Program-made: the position numbers and the translations under genes
Shown here: positions 23,901 to 31,783 of the stretch, piece by piece
Layout of the letters: each line of letters opens with the position of its first letter
Position numbering within the stretch: position 1 is the stretch's first letter
The notes under the pieces: model-generated
What the model was told of the DNA's origin: nothing
Seen by the model: the letters and a program-made list of their open reading frames with translations, nothing else
The model's database searches: none
Source of the DNA: Catajapyx aquilonaris
Lineage: Eukaryota
Reading direction: 5' to 3'
Length of the DNA stretch: 32,035 bases
Assembly (NCBI GenBank): GCA_000934665.2
Contig: JYFJ02004460.1
Coordinates: 1-32,035, forward strand

Positions 23901-26180
23901 GCTGACTTATCAGTGCCATGGCCAACACTGGTACTGCTAAGTTAGCAACAGCTATCAGTGGGACGAAAAATCCATACATTGCCTCCAAGCATACCTTTAA
24001 ATTCTCACTCTTGGCCTTCACAATGTGCATGAAGTGATCCAACCTAGAAGCTGCCGGTTTAGTTGAGTAGACTAGATGCGTCTCTTCCACGCTGACTGAC
24101 AATGTGGTTGGCACCAAGCGATTTCCAAACACTAGCCTTCCCTGAAAATGAAAAAATCAGTAGTCAACTAGTAGTAATAGTAGTAGTACTCAGTATGAGC
24201 GTCATCATCATCACAATCAGAATTTTGGCCCATGGTTTCTCAGGGAAAAAAAGGACACTGTACGAGGTGCTACCCAAACCCTTGCGCTCATTACAACGAT
24301 CCCAGCGAATTCCCCATATTTGGAAGCACATAAAATGCCTCCTTTTCAACAAAAATTTCATTTTAGGGAAGAGCTAGAAATTAATCACATTGGGCCAGGA
24401 CAAATGAATAGGCAGGGTGGGGGACAGTGGTCATGTTGTGTTTTGTCAGGAAGTCCGTGACTATGCGTGAAGTGTGTGCAGGCACATTGTCATGGTGCAG
24501 CAACCAGTCTCTGTTCTTCCATTTGAGCCTCAATAGTCTGAAACCATAGCAATTAAGACTTCCTGTTGACAATCGTTTTACAGTACTTGGTGTACATAAC
24601 TAATAATCTAGATTATTAACACCCTACTGTGATGGGGATTCCTCCCGCTGTGTACGGCCTACAGCATTGGAAGTGATGTCAAAATTTAGCCCGCATGTCC
24701 TATATTTGCAAGAAACTTTTGTTTTTTGGAAATAGCATCCAGGGAATTTATAAAACACAAAAAAACGCCGACCGCCTAAAAAAACCAACCACCATGGAGA
24801 TCCCATAAACGCCGTTCCAGCCACGGGCGCTACCTCGGCAAGATGGTGTCTAGTAATATAATATTATAATAATAATAATGGACACCCCGTGATAGGTCTC
24901 CTTGGGCCTCTTAGGGAATCATCTTTTCATGAACCGTCTTTAATCATTGCCTTTGCTGTGATGGATTTTGATAGTGGGAGGAAACAGGAGAACCCCGAGA
25001 AAATCCACGCGAACACAGAGAGAACCCATCAAAACTCTATCCACGTAACTATCCTCCGTCCGACCCGGGGATCGAACTCGAGACCTCAGAGGTGGAAGGC
25101 TGCAGCGCTAACCACTCCGCCACCATGTTGCCCTCCTTAATACATGACGATGTTCTGCTAAATTGATATTTCAGACACTTCTGAGCCCCAATATGTGGCA
25201 TGTGAACCACTGTGCCTCCCAATCCACTAACCGTGCATATGTCAACCTTGATGACTGGGATTAGATCCCTCCAGCTGTATCCAACAGATGGTGACTGTTT
25301 CATGACTTTTGCCTCCTCATCCGTTCCTCCTGGAGGTTCTTCAAACTCCTTGTCCTTTGTAAAAATCTGTGGATCAAGCCCAAAGAGCCTTTCCAACTGT
25401 CCATACATGCGGGACCTGTTGTACACATGCAGCTCAAACCCATTGAGCAGGATGGACAGGCGAGTGTCAGAATGGGACAGATCTTCAGAGATATCCTTGG
25501 GGACATATGACCTCCACCAGCGGAATATCACCCAGCCATCCTGGACACGGATGCTATAGTCCTCAGTCACATACACTACATCACGGAACATTATCTTGCC
25601 TGCCAGGACTGACCATGCAAATGAGCCTGCAACATAATTTGATCCACTTTAGGGTGGGTAGTATGCCTTACAGTATAAATATGCTGTTTGTAATTTTGAA
25701 TTAGTAGTAGGAATAGAGGCACTTATAATATAGTTATTATGACCTCTATAGTTATCTTCTTCAAATGCATTTCATCAACTACAAAATTACGCAAAAAGTA
25801 AGTAAACTCTAATCCTATGTTTTATAAAAAGATGGTTCTCTAGGCTCTCTCAAGACTTACATTAGCATTGTTTGAAATCAGTCATTGATTAACCACTTTT
25901 CTGTCGATTAAATCGATGCTACAAAATGGCAAGCTTCTTTACCAATTTTGACATATCCTTTTTTGTGCAGCTTTCCCATGATTCTGGTTATAAGAAATCC
26001 AAAGACCCTGGAGCTGTAGTATGTGATATAAATGATCCAGGCCATGAAGGAGAGCAATGAGCACAGCAACCATGCAAAGTTGCTGTCCATTGTGATGTCC
26101 CCAAGGTTAGTCACAGGGTTGGTCATGTTCCACTGTGATGACTCCCCAGGGACACTCATCTCATCTTCTGTTGGCTCCAT
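360..26180 (-). CDS. BLTP1: Bridge-like lipid transfer protein 1 (KIAA1109/tweek/LPD-3 ortholog), N-terminal 988 aa in 15 exons; 3' partial
   Basis: The spliced translation contains motifs I recognise from KIAA1109/tweek: N-terminal TM helix ...WIIYITYYSSRV, GSFAWSVLAGKIMFRDV, FELHVYNRS, WRDLIPVIK, WGLDIKCGKGTDFSYGPWADRQR, HFVPYTW, GWVDCWSVP and LEYGWLVELQLG. All 14 introns are GT/GC-AG and the exon phases are consistent. Confidence 0.95.
1060..3385. mobile_element. ~2.3-kb fold-back non-autonomous DNA transposon with ~1-kb inverted arms
   Basis: tactattgaccgcaaaagtaatgtcgcgac at 1060 mirrors gtcgcgacattacttttgcggtcaatagta ending at 3385. Mirror homology continues inward to about 2077 and 2468. 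No transposase. Confidence 0.85.
3917..4108 (-). CDS. BLTP1: BLTP1 coding exon 14 (ENVFGENQSF...RPLEVTVSVTMHDIQAHLKK)
   Basis: ctctag| acceptor, |gtaaga donor, 192 nt; preceded by a 56-nt intron. Confidence 0.92.
4165..4290 (-). CDS. BLTP1: BLTP1 coding exon 13 (HNVADKFDPVSLPADKV...NFMFLK)
   Basis: ttttag| acceptor, |gtaaac donor, 126 nt. Confidence 0.91.
4467..4909. mobile_element. Kolobok-like MITE
   Basis: ~65-bp TIRs (agggacactccactcaaaatgcaagttgggctctaaaaat), AGG...CCT ends, flanked by gtaa/ttaa. Confidence 0.7.
4951..5137 (-). CDS. BLTP1: BLTP1 coding exon 12 (SNGWVDCWSVPIVALSI...RHHSK)
   Basis: atgcag| acceptor, |gtaaga donor, 187 nt. Confidence 0.9.
5527..5901 (+). mobile_element. 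tRNA-derived SINE with (CAT)n tail
   Basis: A-box/B-box-like head (ggttagattccc), (cat)n tail, 14-bp TSD atgttccatccatt at 5513-5526 and 5902-5915. Confidence 0.85.
6101..6258 (-). CDS. BLTP1: BLTP1 coding exon 11 (GESLDLALFIPE...KWRKVCKI)
   Basis: tttcag| acceptor, AG|gtaagc donor, 158 nt. Confidence 0.91.
6448..7357 (+). mobile_element. Internally deleted mariner element with a decayed transposase
   Basis: TA-flanked TIRs cgaggtgtgatcaaaa / ttttgatcacacctcg. Frameshifted remnants include ERICIKFCFKL, MLIIFFDIIGIVHMEFLPHGKTVN, HHDNA, HPAYSFVLAPRDF (YSPDLAPxDF-like) and GNYFEG. Confidence 0.92.
7765..8355. mobile_element. Largely palindromic mariner-type MITE
   Basis: TA|cgagggccgtactaaaa ... 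ttttagtacggcaatcg|TA; the arms mirror over more than 200 bp. Confidence 0.8.
9099..10678. mobile_element. Inverted-repeat element with a nested insertion
   Basis: 9099-9240 (caaaaacattcccttcag...gtaagaccttcacca) mirrors 10540-10678; exact termini uncertain. Confidence 0.65.
9593..10489. mobile_element. Short-TIR element (piggyBac-like ends) nested in the 9099-10678 element
   Basis: Perfect 14-bp TIR cctcctgagacctg / caggtctcaggagg; no intact TTAA TSD. Confidence 0.5.
10882..11075. mobile_element. Hairpin MITE, TA-flanked (Tc1/pogo-like)
   Basis: TIR taaggtgaagtgggg...cacacccggggtaag, with a perfect 49-bp/1-nt/49-bp core palindrome at 10917-11015; a solo copy of the TIR lies at about 17113-17126. 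Confidence 0.85.
11134..11231 (-). CDS. BLTP1: BLTP1 coding exon 10 (AHVAVCGDQFDMSFDLPF...NFWIQ)
   Basis: tttcag| acceptor, |gtgggc donor, 98 nt; preceded by a 55-nt intron. Confidence 0.91.
11287..11442 (-). CDS. BLTP1: BLTP1 coding exon 9 (AMVNDWSCRNKPDILHFVPYTW...QHQEN)
   Basis: ttacag| acceptor, G|gtacgt donor, 156 nt. Confidence 0.93.
11803..12732. mobile_element. 930-bp fully palindromic Kolobok-like element
   Basis: TTAA|gggcacacgatacc ... ggtatcgtgcgcct|TTAA; the arms mirror to a centre near 12270. Confidence 0.82.
12769..13120 (+). mobile_element. tRNA-derived SINE
   Basis: A box gtggccgagatgg, B box ggttcgatccc, 10-bp TSD gattcaattc at 12759-12768 and 13121-13130. Confidence 0.85.
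14600..16245. mobile_element. Fold-back element (~520-bp arms) split at its axis by a MITE
   Basis: 14600-15127 mirrors 15721-16245 (for example, ggctctaattagcccgtaattaattcatcaaaatgg and its reverse complement). Confidence 0.8.
15128..15720. mobile_element. pogo/Tigger-like MITE
   Basis: TA|ctgtgaaacctgtctataacggaccctgcttatagcggaaac ... gtttccgctataagcagggtccgttatagacaggtttcactg|TA. Confidence 0.75.
16318..16501. mobile_element. Harbinger-like MITE
   Basis: TIR aggtgtgtttacatgtgagcgatt / aatcgcccacatgtaaacagggct, with ttaa on both flanks. Confidence 0.65.
17208..17787. mobile_element. 580-bp fully palindromic Tc1/mariner-type MITE
   Basis: TA|cagggtggtcggtaaatggcggacaagcttcaggtagcgagat ... 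mirrored end|TA; arms of about 280 bp with a short central loop. Confidence 0.88.
18742..18940. mobile_element. hAT (Charlie-like) MITE
   Basis: Ends cagggttcttagcct / aggttaagaacctctg; TSD ctttaggc/ctttaggt. Confidence 0.7.
19820..19970 (-). CDS. BLTP1: BLTP1 coding exon 8 (YRSLVDSETLEF...WNDHQEW...HKGFFQ)
   Basis: Not in the ORF track; taacag| acceptor, G|gttaga donor, 151 nt; preceded by a 60-nt intron. Confidence 0.92.
20031..20168 (-). CDS. BLTP1: BLTP1 coding exon 7 (ETNAVHMNIGAGSYLE...STSLQ)
   Basis: tttcag| acceptor, |gtagtg donor, 138 nt. Confidence 0.92.
20205..20882. mobile_element. Harbinger-like TIR element with a GC-rich interior
   Basis: TIR tgttttacgaattcgcttttcgcattataaagtgacttcat / atgaagtcgctttataacgcgaaaaggtaattcgtaaaaca; internal direct repeat tccagtcccgtgacatcca x2. 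Confidence 0.68.
21189..21395 (-). CDS. BLTP1: BLTP1 coding exon 6 (CGKGTDFSYGPWADRQR...FSKEK)
   Basis: tttcag| acceptor, |gtatga donor, 207 nt. Confidence 0.94.
21442..22245. mobile_element. Tigger/pogo-like MITE
   Basis: TA|ctgtattacctcgcatagagcagcatgcc ... ggcatgccactctatgcagagtaatatgg|TA. Confidence 0.6.
22512..22600 (-). CDS. BLTP1: BLTP1 coding exon 5 (LVPNEPEMLRLANGDMVEANPPVWGLDIK)
   Basis: Not in the ORF track; ttccag| acceptor, |gtgagt donor, 89 nt. Confidence 0.92.
22975..23070 (+). repeat. 10-bp minisatellite (ccaccctcct)n
   Basis: About 9 degenerate copies. Confidence 0.85.
23693..23816 (-). CDS. BLTP1: BLTP1 coding exon 4 (VILAPSPKY...YVDEPG), GC donor
   Basis: ctgcag| acceptor, donor CAG|gcaagt; 124 nt, and phase 1 fits the next exon. 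Confidence 0.9.
23873..23974. repeat. ~100-bp hairpin (probable mini-MITE) within a 178-nt intron
   Basis: Perfect 22-bp inverted repeat tggatttttcgtcccactgata, plus an inner stem acttatcagtgcca/tggtactgctaagt. Confidence 0.8.
23995..24141 (-). CDS. BLTP1: BLTP1 coding exon 3 (GRLVFGNRLVP...SENLK)
   Basis: ttttcag| acceptor, |gtatgc donor, 147 nt. Confidence 0.93.
24260..24575 (-). mobile_element. Mariner transposase fragment, same family as 6448-7357
   Basis: Translates as KNRDWLLHHDNVPAHTS...HPAYSFVLAQCD and CFQIWGIRWD; ends at a tacgaggtg TIR remnant. Confidence 0.85.
24857..25137 (-). mobile_element. tRNA-derived SINE with a V-SINE-like core and (ATT)n tail
   Basis: Minus strand: A box tggcggagtggtt, B box gagttcgatccc, core gtggattttctcggggttctcctgtttcctcccac. 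Confidence 0.8.
25232..25626 (-). CDS. BLTP1: BLTP1 coding exon 2 (GSFAWSVLAGKIMFRDV...IKVDICT)
   Basis: ttgcag| acceptor, |gttagt donor, 395 nt, phase 1 to 0. Confidence 0.93.
25943..26180 (-). CDS. BLTP1: BLTP1 coding exon 1 (MEPTEDE...NFAWLLCSLLSFMAWIIYITYYSSRV...YVKIG), includes the TM anchor
   Basis: Acceptor tttcag just upstream of 26216, ATG at 26180, donor G|gtaaag; ends in phase 1. The start codon choice is an inference. Confidence 0.88.
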
Positions 26181-26424
26181 CTTTTGAGAGGGGTAGCCCA
26201 GTTCCCACGGGACAGCCTGAAAAATGAAACATTGTAAGCATAAATGGTCAAACACACTAGACTCATTTGATACCAGTTCTGTGATGTTCCACCTGTTTGG
26301 CCTGTGATGTGCAGTTCCAGACACTTTTAACCCCTTCGCTACCAGATAGGCCCGAACCACACAGATATTGGATTACGCGTACTCCGAAGATACTCACAAA
26401 ATATTTTACAAATAATAACAGCTA

Positions 26425-26978
26425 TACTTATCAGATCAGGGAAAGCACTACAGATGAGTCTGGAACAAATTTACTCATCTTGAAGTCCATAAATTAATTT
26501 CCGGAAACAAGACTATAAAAACTCGAAATTAGAGAACTGACGACCAACCGTTACGCTGATTTAATTATGAAATGCTTAAAATATGTGGAACAACAACCTT
26601 GACAACCATGCCAGATGAATGAATCTTTGGAACTCGTCGAATTTTGCGAGAAATAAATTAATACTTATTTGCGGCATTCCTCCACTTCACGAGAAGCAAA
26701 TAAATTTAGTCATTTTCCGAAGTGCCAGAAAGCTGCAAATAAGTATTAATTTATTTCTCGCAAAGTACGACGATCTACGCAAATTTGTCTGGCTTGGTTC
26801 TCAAGGTTGTTATTCAGCATATTTTCACGCATTTCATAATTACATCAGCTAACAGTTGGTCTGCAGTACTCTAATTTCGAGTTTTTATAGTCTTGTTTTT
26901 GGAAATTAATTTAGGGACTTCTAGACGAGTAAAATTGTTCCAGACTCATTCATAGCATTTTCCCTGATCTGGTAAGTA
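26425..26978. mobile_element. ~550-bp palindromic fold-back element in the 5'UTR intron
   Basis: tacttatcagatcagggaaa... mirrors ...tttccctgatctggtaagta; inner arms gcgagaaataaattaatacttatttgc / gcaaataagtattaatttatttctcgc. Confidence 0.8.
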
Positions 26979-27249
26979 CAAATGCAGACCTCGGGAGAAA
27001 AACGATAAAGGTCCACCTCAGGTGAAACTGAGATATTCCCATTTTAAATTTCAAAGGCCCATAAGCTCCATTGTAAATACCACTTTCAGGGCCTTCCATA
27101 GTGACCTATGATCATTACTCCACAACCACGACCAAACCATCCTATTCTACGCTAGTGACTTTATCTCCTGAGACTCACTTTGCGCCTCCTGCGTCTCCGT
27201 AACTCTCCGAGGCCAGGTGCAGGAGCACCCAGCCGCCCCACACTTACCA

Positions 27250-29150
27250 TACTTGGTACGGTAGTTCTTTGAACACATTTCAACATATCTGGACATGGGG
27301 TCACGGTGGGTGACCCCTGGTGGCCTCGCCAGGGGTCACTATCGCGGAGTTGCCAAATCGAACATGTGTTGCACACCTTTACATGAATAAGGGCCTTGCA
27401 TTCGGTGATAAAACACTGATAAAACATGAAACTCGCCCCAATTGGTCTTTGGACACTACTGAACATGTCTGGAAGTGAGGCCACTATGGATGACCCCGCT
27501 GGGGGTCACTCGCAGGGTTGCCAGATCTAATGGGCTCTCTAAGTAAACTATGTGAATAGGGAGCTTGCATTCGGTGACGAAGACGTGAAACTCGGTACAA
27601 TATAGTTCTTTGCACACTTCCGAACATATCTGGGCGGGGGACACGATGACCCACCCCGGTGGAGGGCACTATCATGGTGTTGCCAAATATAACAGACTGT
27701 ACAACATGCGTTTATGTTTGAATAGGGGACTTGCATTTGGTGACAAAGACGTGAAACTTGGTAGAATTGTTCTTTGGACACGTCTGAACATATCTGGAGG
27801 TGGAGCCACGATGACCCACCCCGATGGAGGGCACTATAGCGGCGTTGCCATATCTGACAGACTGTGCAACATGCGTTTATATTTTGATAGGGAGCTTGCA
27901 TTCGGTGACAAAGCCATAAAACTTGGTACGCCAGTTCTTTGGACACTTCCGAACATATCTGGATGTGGAGCCACGATGACCCACCCCGAGGGAGGGCACT
28001 ATCGCAGGGTTGCCATATCTAACAGAATGTGCAACATGTGTTTATATTTAAATAATGAGCTTGCATTCGGTGGGTCATCGTAGCTCCACGTCCAGATATG
28101 TTCGGAAGTGTCCAAAGAACTAACGTACCAAGTTTTATGGCTTTGTCACCGAATGCAAGCTCCCTATTCATATGGAGTATTCCTAGGTTGCCCCGACTAT
28201 ATACGGCAACCCTGCGATAGTGCCCTCCCTCGGGGTGGGTCATCGTGGCTCCACGTCCAGATATGTTCGGAAGTGTCCAAAGAACAATTCTACCAAGTTT
28301 CACGTCTTTGTCACCAAATGCAAGCTCCCTATCAAAATATAAACGCATGTTGCACAGTCTGTTAGATTTGGCAACACCATGATAGTGCCCTCCACCGGGG
28401 TGGGTCATCGTGTCCCCAGGTCCAGATATGTTCGGAAGTGTGCAAAAAACTATACTGTACCGAGTTTCACGTCTTTGTCACCGAATGCAAGCTCCCTATT
28501 CGCATAGTTTACTTAGAGAGCCCATTAGATCTGGCAACCCTGCGAGTGACCCCCAGCGGGGTCATCCATAGTGGCCTCACTTACAGACATGTTCAGTAGT
28601 GTCCGAAGACCAATTGGGGCGAGTTTCATGTTTTAGCAGTGTTTTATCACCGAATGCAAGGCCCTTATTCATGTAAAGGTGTGCAACACATGTTCGATTT
28701 GGCAACTCCGAGATAGTGACCCCTGGCGAGGCCACCAGGGGTCACCCACCGTGACCCCACGTCCAGATATGTTGAAATGTGTTCGAAGAACTACCGTACC
28801 GAGTTCCACGTTTTTATCACCGAATGCAAGCTCCCAATTCACATGATCTTCGCAGAGATGTATGTTTGGTCCGTTAGATCTGGTAACCCTGCAAGTGACC
28901 CACAGCGGGGTCAGTCATCATGGCCCCACATCCAGTTCTTCTCGGAAGTGTCCAAAGACCAATTATGGAGAGTTTCATGTTTTTGTCACCGAATACAAGG
29001 TCCTAAAAGGATGCTGCATCTGGTAGTTATGGAAACCCTGCGAAATGGACCACCACCGGGGTGGGTCATCGTGGCTCCACGTCCAGATATGATCAGAAGT
29101 GTCCAAAGAACAAGTGTACCGAGTTTCATACTTTTGTCACAAAATGCAAA
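27250..29150. repeat. ~165-bp tandem repeat array with a head-to-head inversion at about 28070
   Basis: The unit marker aacatatctgg (or a variant) occurs at about 27282, 27462, 27623, 27787 and 27952, and in reverse complement at about 28092, 28257, 28422, 28583, 28763, 28932 and 29083. Confidence 0.92.
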
Positions 29151-29243
29151 GTTCAACCCCTTAGCACCCGGACTACTAATGTCTAGTCACATGGTAAAAT
29201 TGAAGCTAAGACTCACACATGTTAGAACCACTTGTTTCTAAAG

Positions 29244-29458
29244 CAGAGCTTCCCAAATTGTGGGTCGCAAGGGAGGGTTACAAATGATTTTCACAAAATG
29301 ATGCTATCTTCCTTGAAAATCATGACCATAAGGTAAGGTCATTTCACGGTTTACCTGTCTTTTCATGTTGGCTGATCGAAATGTGCACATATAGAGGGGT
29401 CGCAAATTTTACAAGACAATTTTTTGGGGTCGCCAACGAAAGAAATTGGGAAGCATTG
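29244..29458. mobile_element. hAT (Charlie-like) MITE
   Basis: TIR cagagcttcccaaatt / aattgggaagcattg; perfect 8-bp TSD ttctaaag. Confidence 0.8.
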
Positions 29459-29939
29459 TTCTAAAGGAATAATTGTTTATTTCAAAATTCATGACATATT
29501 ACATTATTATTAACGAGAACTTTTGTAAGTTCTTGGCAGTTTTTTTTACACAGAAAAATTAAATGTGATGGACCAAAATGGATGCAGAATTGCATGAATC
29601 TTGCATTTCCAGATGCAGGTACCAGCTTTGTGTAGCTATAGGTACCATCTATATAGGTACACTGGGATTAATACGCCAATCAGCGGAAAGATATGTTAAT
29701 CAAATTCCAGTCACGTCACTCTTTAACAAAACCACCCTGTAATGAAGGCTAATAAAAAAACACTTATGAGGATGAGGCTTTACCTGTTGACTGACCTTGC
29801 ATCCAAAATGACATAACTAGCATTTTCCTGGTGTGCATAACTAGTAGGCTTTTTCATGTCTAAATTTTTGGTATTAATCATTTACTGCCACTTGTACACA
29901 CCCTACTTCCAAGTAACAAAAGCTTACAGGTTAAAGATA

Positions 29940-30075
29940 GGATCAGTGGTGTAGTGGCTACTGCCACAGCCTTCCACTTCTGAGATCCCACGTTTGATCC
30001 CTGGGCCGGACAGAGAACTCTCATGTGGGAAGTGTTCGGATGAATTTTCTCATTTCCTCCCACATGCCCAAAATC
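29940..30075 (+). mobile_element. Decayed tRNA-derived SINE related to 24857-25137
   Basis: Contains gtggtgtagtggctac, cagccttccacttctgag, gtttgatccctgggccggac and tttcctcccaca. Confidence 0.6.
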
Positions 30076-31690
30076 TCTTCCCCTCTGCCCTACGCCAGGT
30101 AGCTTTGAGCCATAATCAACCAACCATAGGCTACATAAATACTCGAGTATAAACTATTTCTTAATAACCTCCTGCTGCAGCAAGATCAAAATTGCTTGCT
30201 TTCCACACATCACATGAGCAAACAGATTGTAAACCAACGGGTGGGTGGTGGCACTTAATCTCTACTCATAAAACATATCCTGGACCCTTGAAAAATATCA
30301 AATGAATTATAGTTCATACCAGATGTCAAAATATTTATTGACAGGACTATTATATCGAATGAATGTCATGGATCACAAGTATTTACCATCAGGAAATGAG
30401 TCCTACTTACTTTTAAAGGTCTATCGCATTTTCAGGGACATATTGCCGACATTTAGTTTGTTATCCAGGAAGAGAAATCATGATCACATCCATCACACCC
30501 ATGATACTGACGATACTACTGAAGAGGTGAAGACTGAAGACCAGAAGATTGCAGACTGGCTGGAAAAGGCATAGTAGCTACTATTACAAAACTGCTGCAA
30601 ATAATATTAGCTACTGGTTGTCAAAAAGACATTGGGCGAGAATATTCTCTTACAGCATGAGAAAATTTAGTATTACCTTTTTTATGACTTAATATTGCAT
30701 TACATATTATTTAGAGTTTAAAATGATACGGACAATTTTCAATGGAGATGAACATAATATTAGCTACAAACGCAACTGCTACTCATACCTTCGCCGGTAT
30801 TTCGGAAATTAAAATTAATTTAAATATCTACACTGGTTGATAATTTGAATTGCAAATTTTAATACTGTGTCTTGTGATACACAATTAATGAAAAGCCATA
30901 AATAAAAATTTATAAGTCAGTTACCAATCAACACAATCATGATTATCGCAAGCTCGCGCAATATTATGCTTATGATCGATTATGATTATGATTATCCCCG
31001 TACCGTGACGGATGATATTCGGATCAGGCCCAGTGACATTCATCAGCACTTGATCCGCACTCATCCCTATGTCCCTATCTGGTCCCTATCCCAGTAGCCA
31101 GTACATTGCTCCCCCTATGAGCTTAGCTGTGCTCCCCCACCACGGGGGGTTGCCACGGGCGGCTCTAGTCTCAGTTGTAGTGTTGTACCAAGTCAGTACC
31201 CAAGACACGAGTGGCGCCTTACCTAGCGAGTACATTCTGAGCCACACCAGGCCACACATAGAGGCGTCAGCACCCCTTGCGTGATGATGCAATATGGTTC
31301 AGAATTACCAGCTAGGTAAGGCGCTGCTCGTCTTTGAGACCGAGACTAGCGTGCTAACGCCCCCCGTGGCAACTTCCCTCGGTGGGGTAGCAGCGGTAAG
31401 CTCATACAAAAATAGCCGGGGTGGCGGGGTCCCGGGGAGTGTCAGCCACCTGATTCGGATCATTCGGATGATTCATTGGCCGTATCATATTTCAAGCTCT
31501 TCTACTTAAGCGTCTTGAATCATCCCACATGCTTGACAACAGCTTGACAACCAGCTACATGCGATCCTGTGGTGATCCTGGGCACGGACCTTGTGCATAC
31601 ATAAATACATTCCTGATCACTCCGGAGAAGTGGAATTTCTGCACGAATTTCTGGAGCTCTGGCCAGCTCTGGCTACTCAGATAATAGATA

Positions 31691-31783
31691 TATCGATACA
31701 AAAATAGCGATGTATCGATTATATGGTTTTTAATACTATCGATATTTCATTGAGGAGCATCCATTTCTAGCACCAGATGGCGC
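31691..31783. promoter_or_regulatory. Candidate housekeeping promoter/insulator: DRE cluster plus a CTCF-like site
   Basis: TATCGATA at 31691-31698 and 31737-31744, TATCGATT at 31713-31720, and GCACCAGATGGCGC at 31770-31783. Confidence 0.5.

Noticed and set aside
27250..29150. CRISPR-like array
   Set aside because: Whole units are repeated with no unique spacers, the context is eukaryotic, and there are no cas genes.
27161..29241. Several 60-157-aa ORFs with repeated peptides (MTHPxGGHY..., CHRMQAPY)
   Set aside because: These are translations of the tandem repeat unit, appear on both strands because of the inversion, and show no recognisable domain or splice structure.
29784..29827. Possible upstream coding exon extending the BLTP1 N-terminus
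   Set aside because: The acceptor is weak and its ATGs would splice out of frame with exon 1. It cannot be supported without transcript data.
31011..31067. Hammerhead ribozyme (minus-strand CUGAUGA); similar motifs at about 19326 and 21820
   Set aside because: There is no correctly placed GAAA or cleavage triplet with the three supporting stems.
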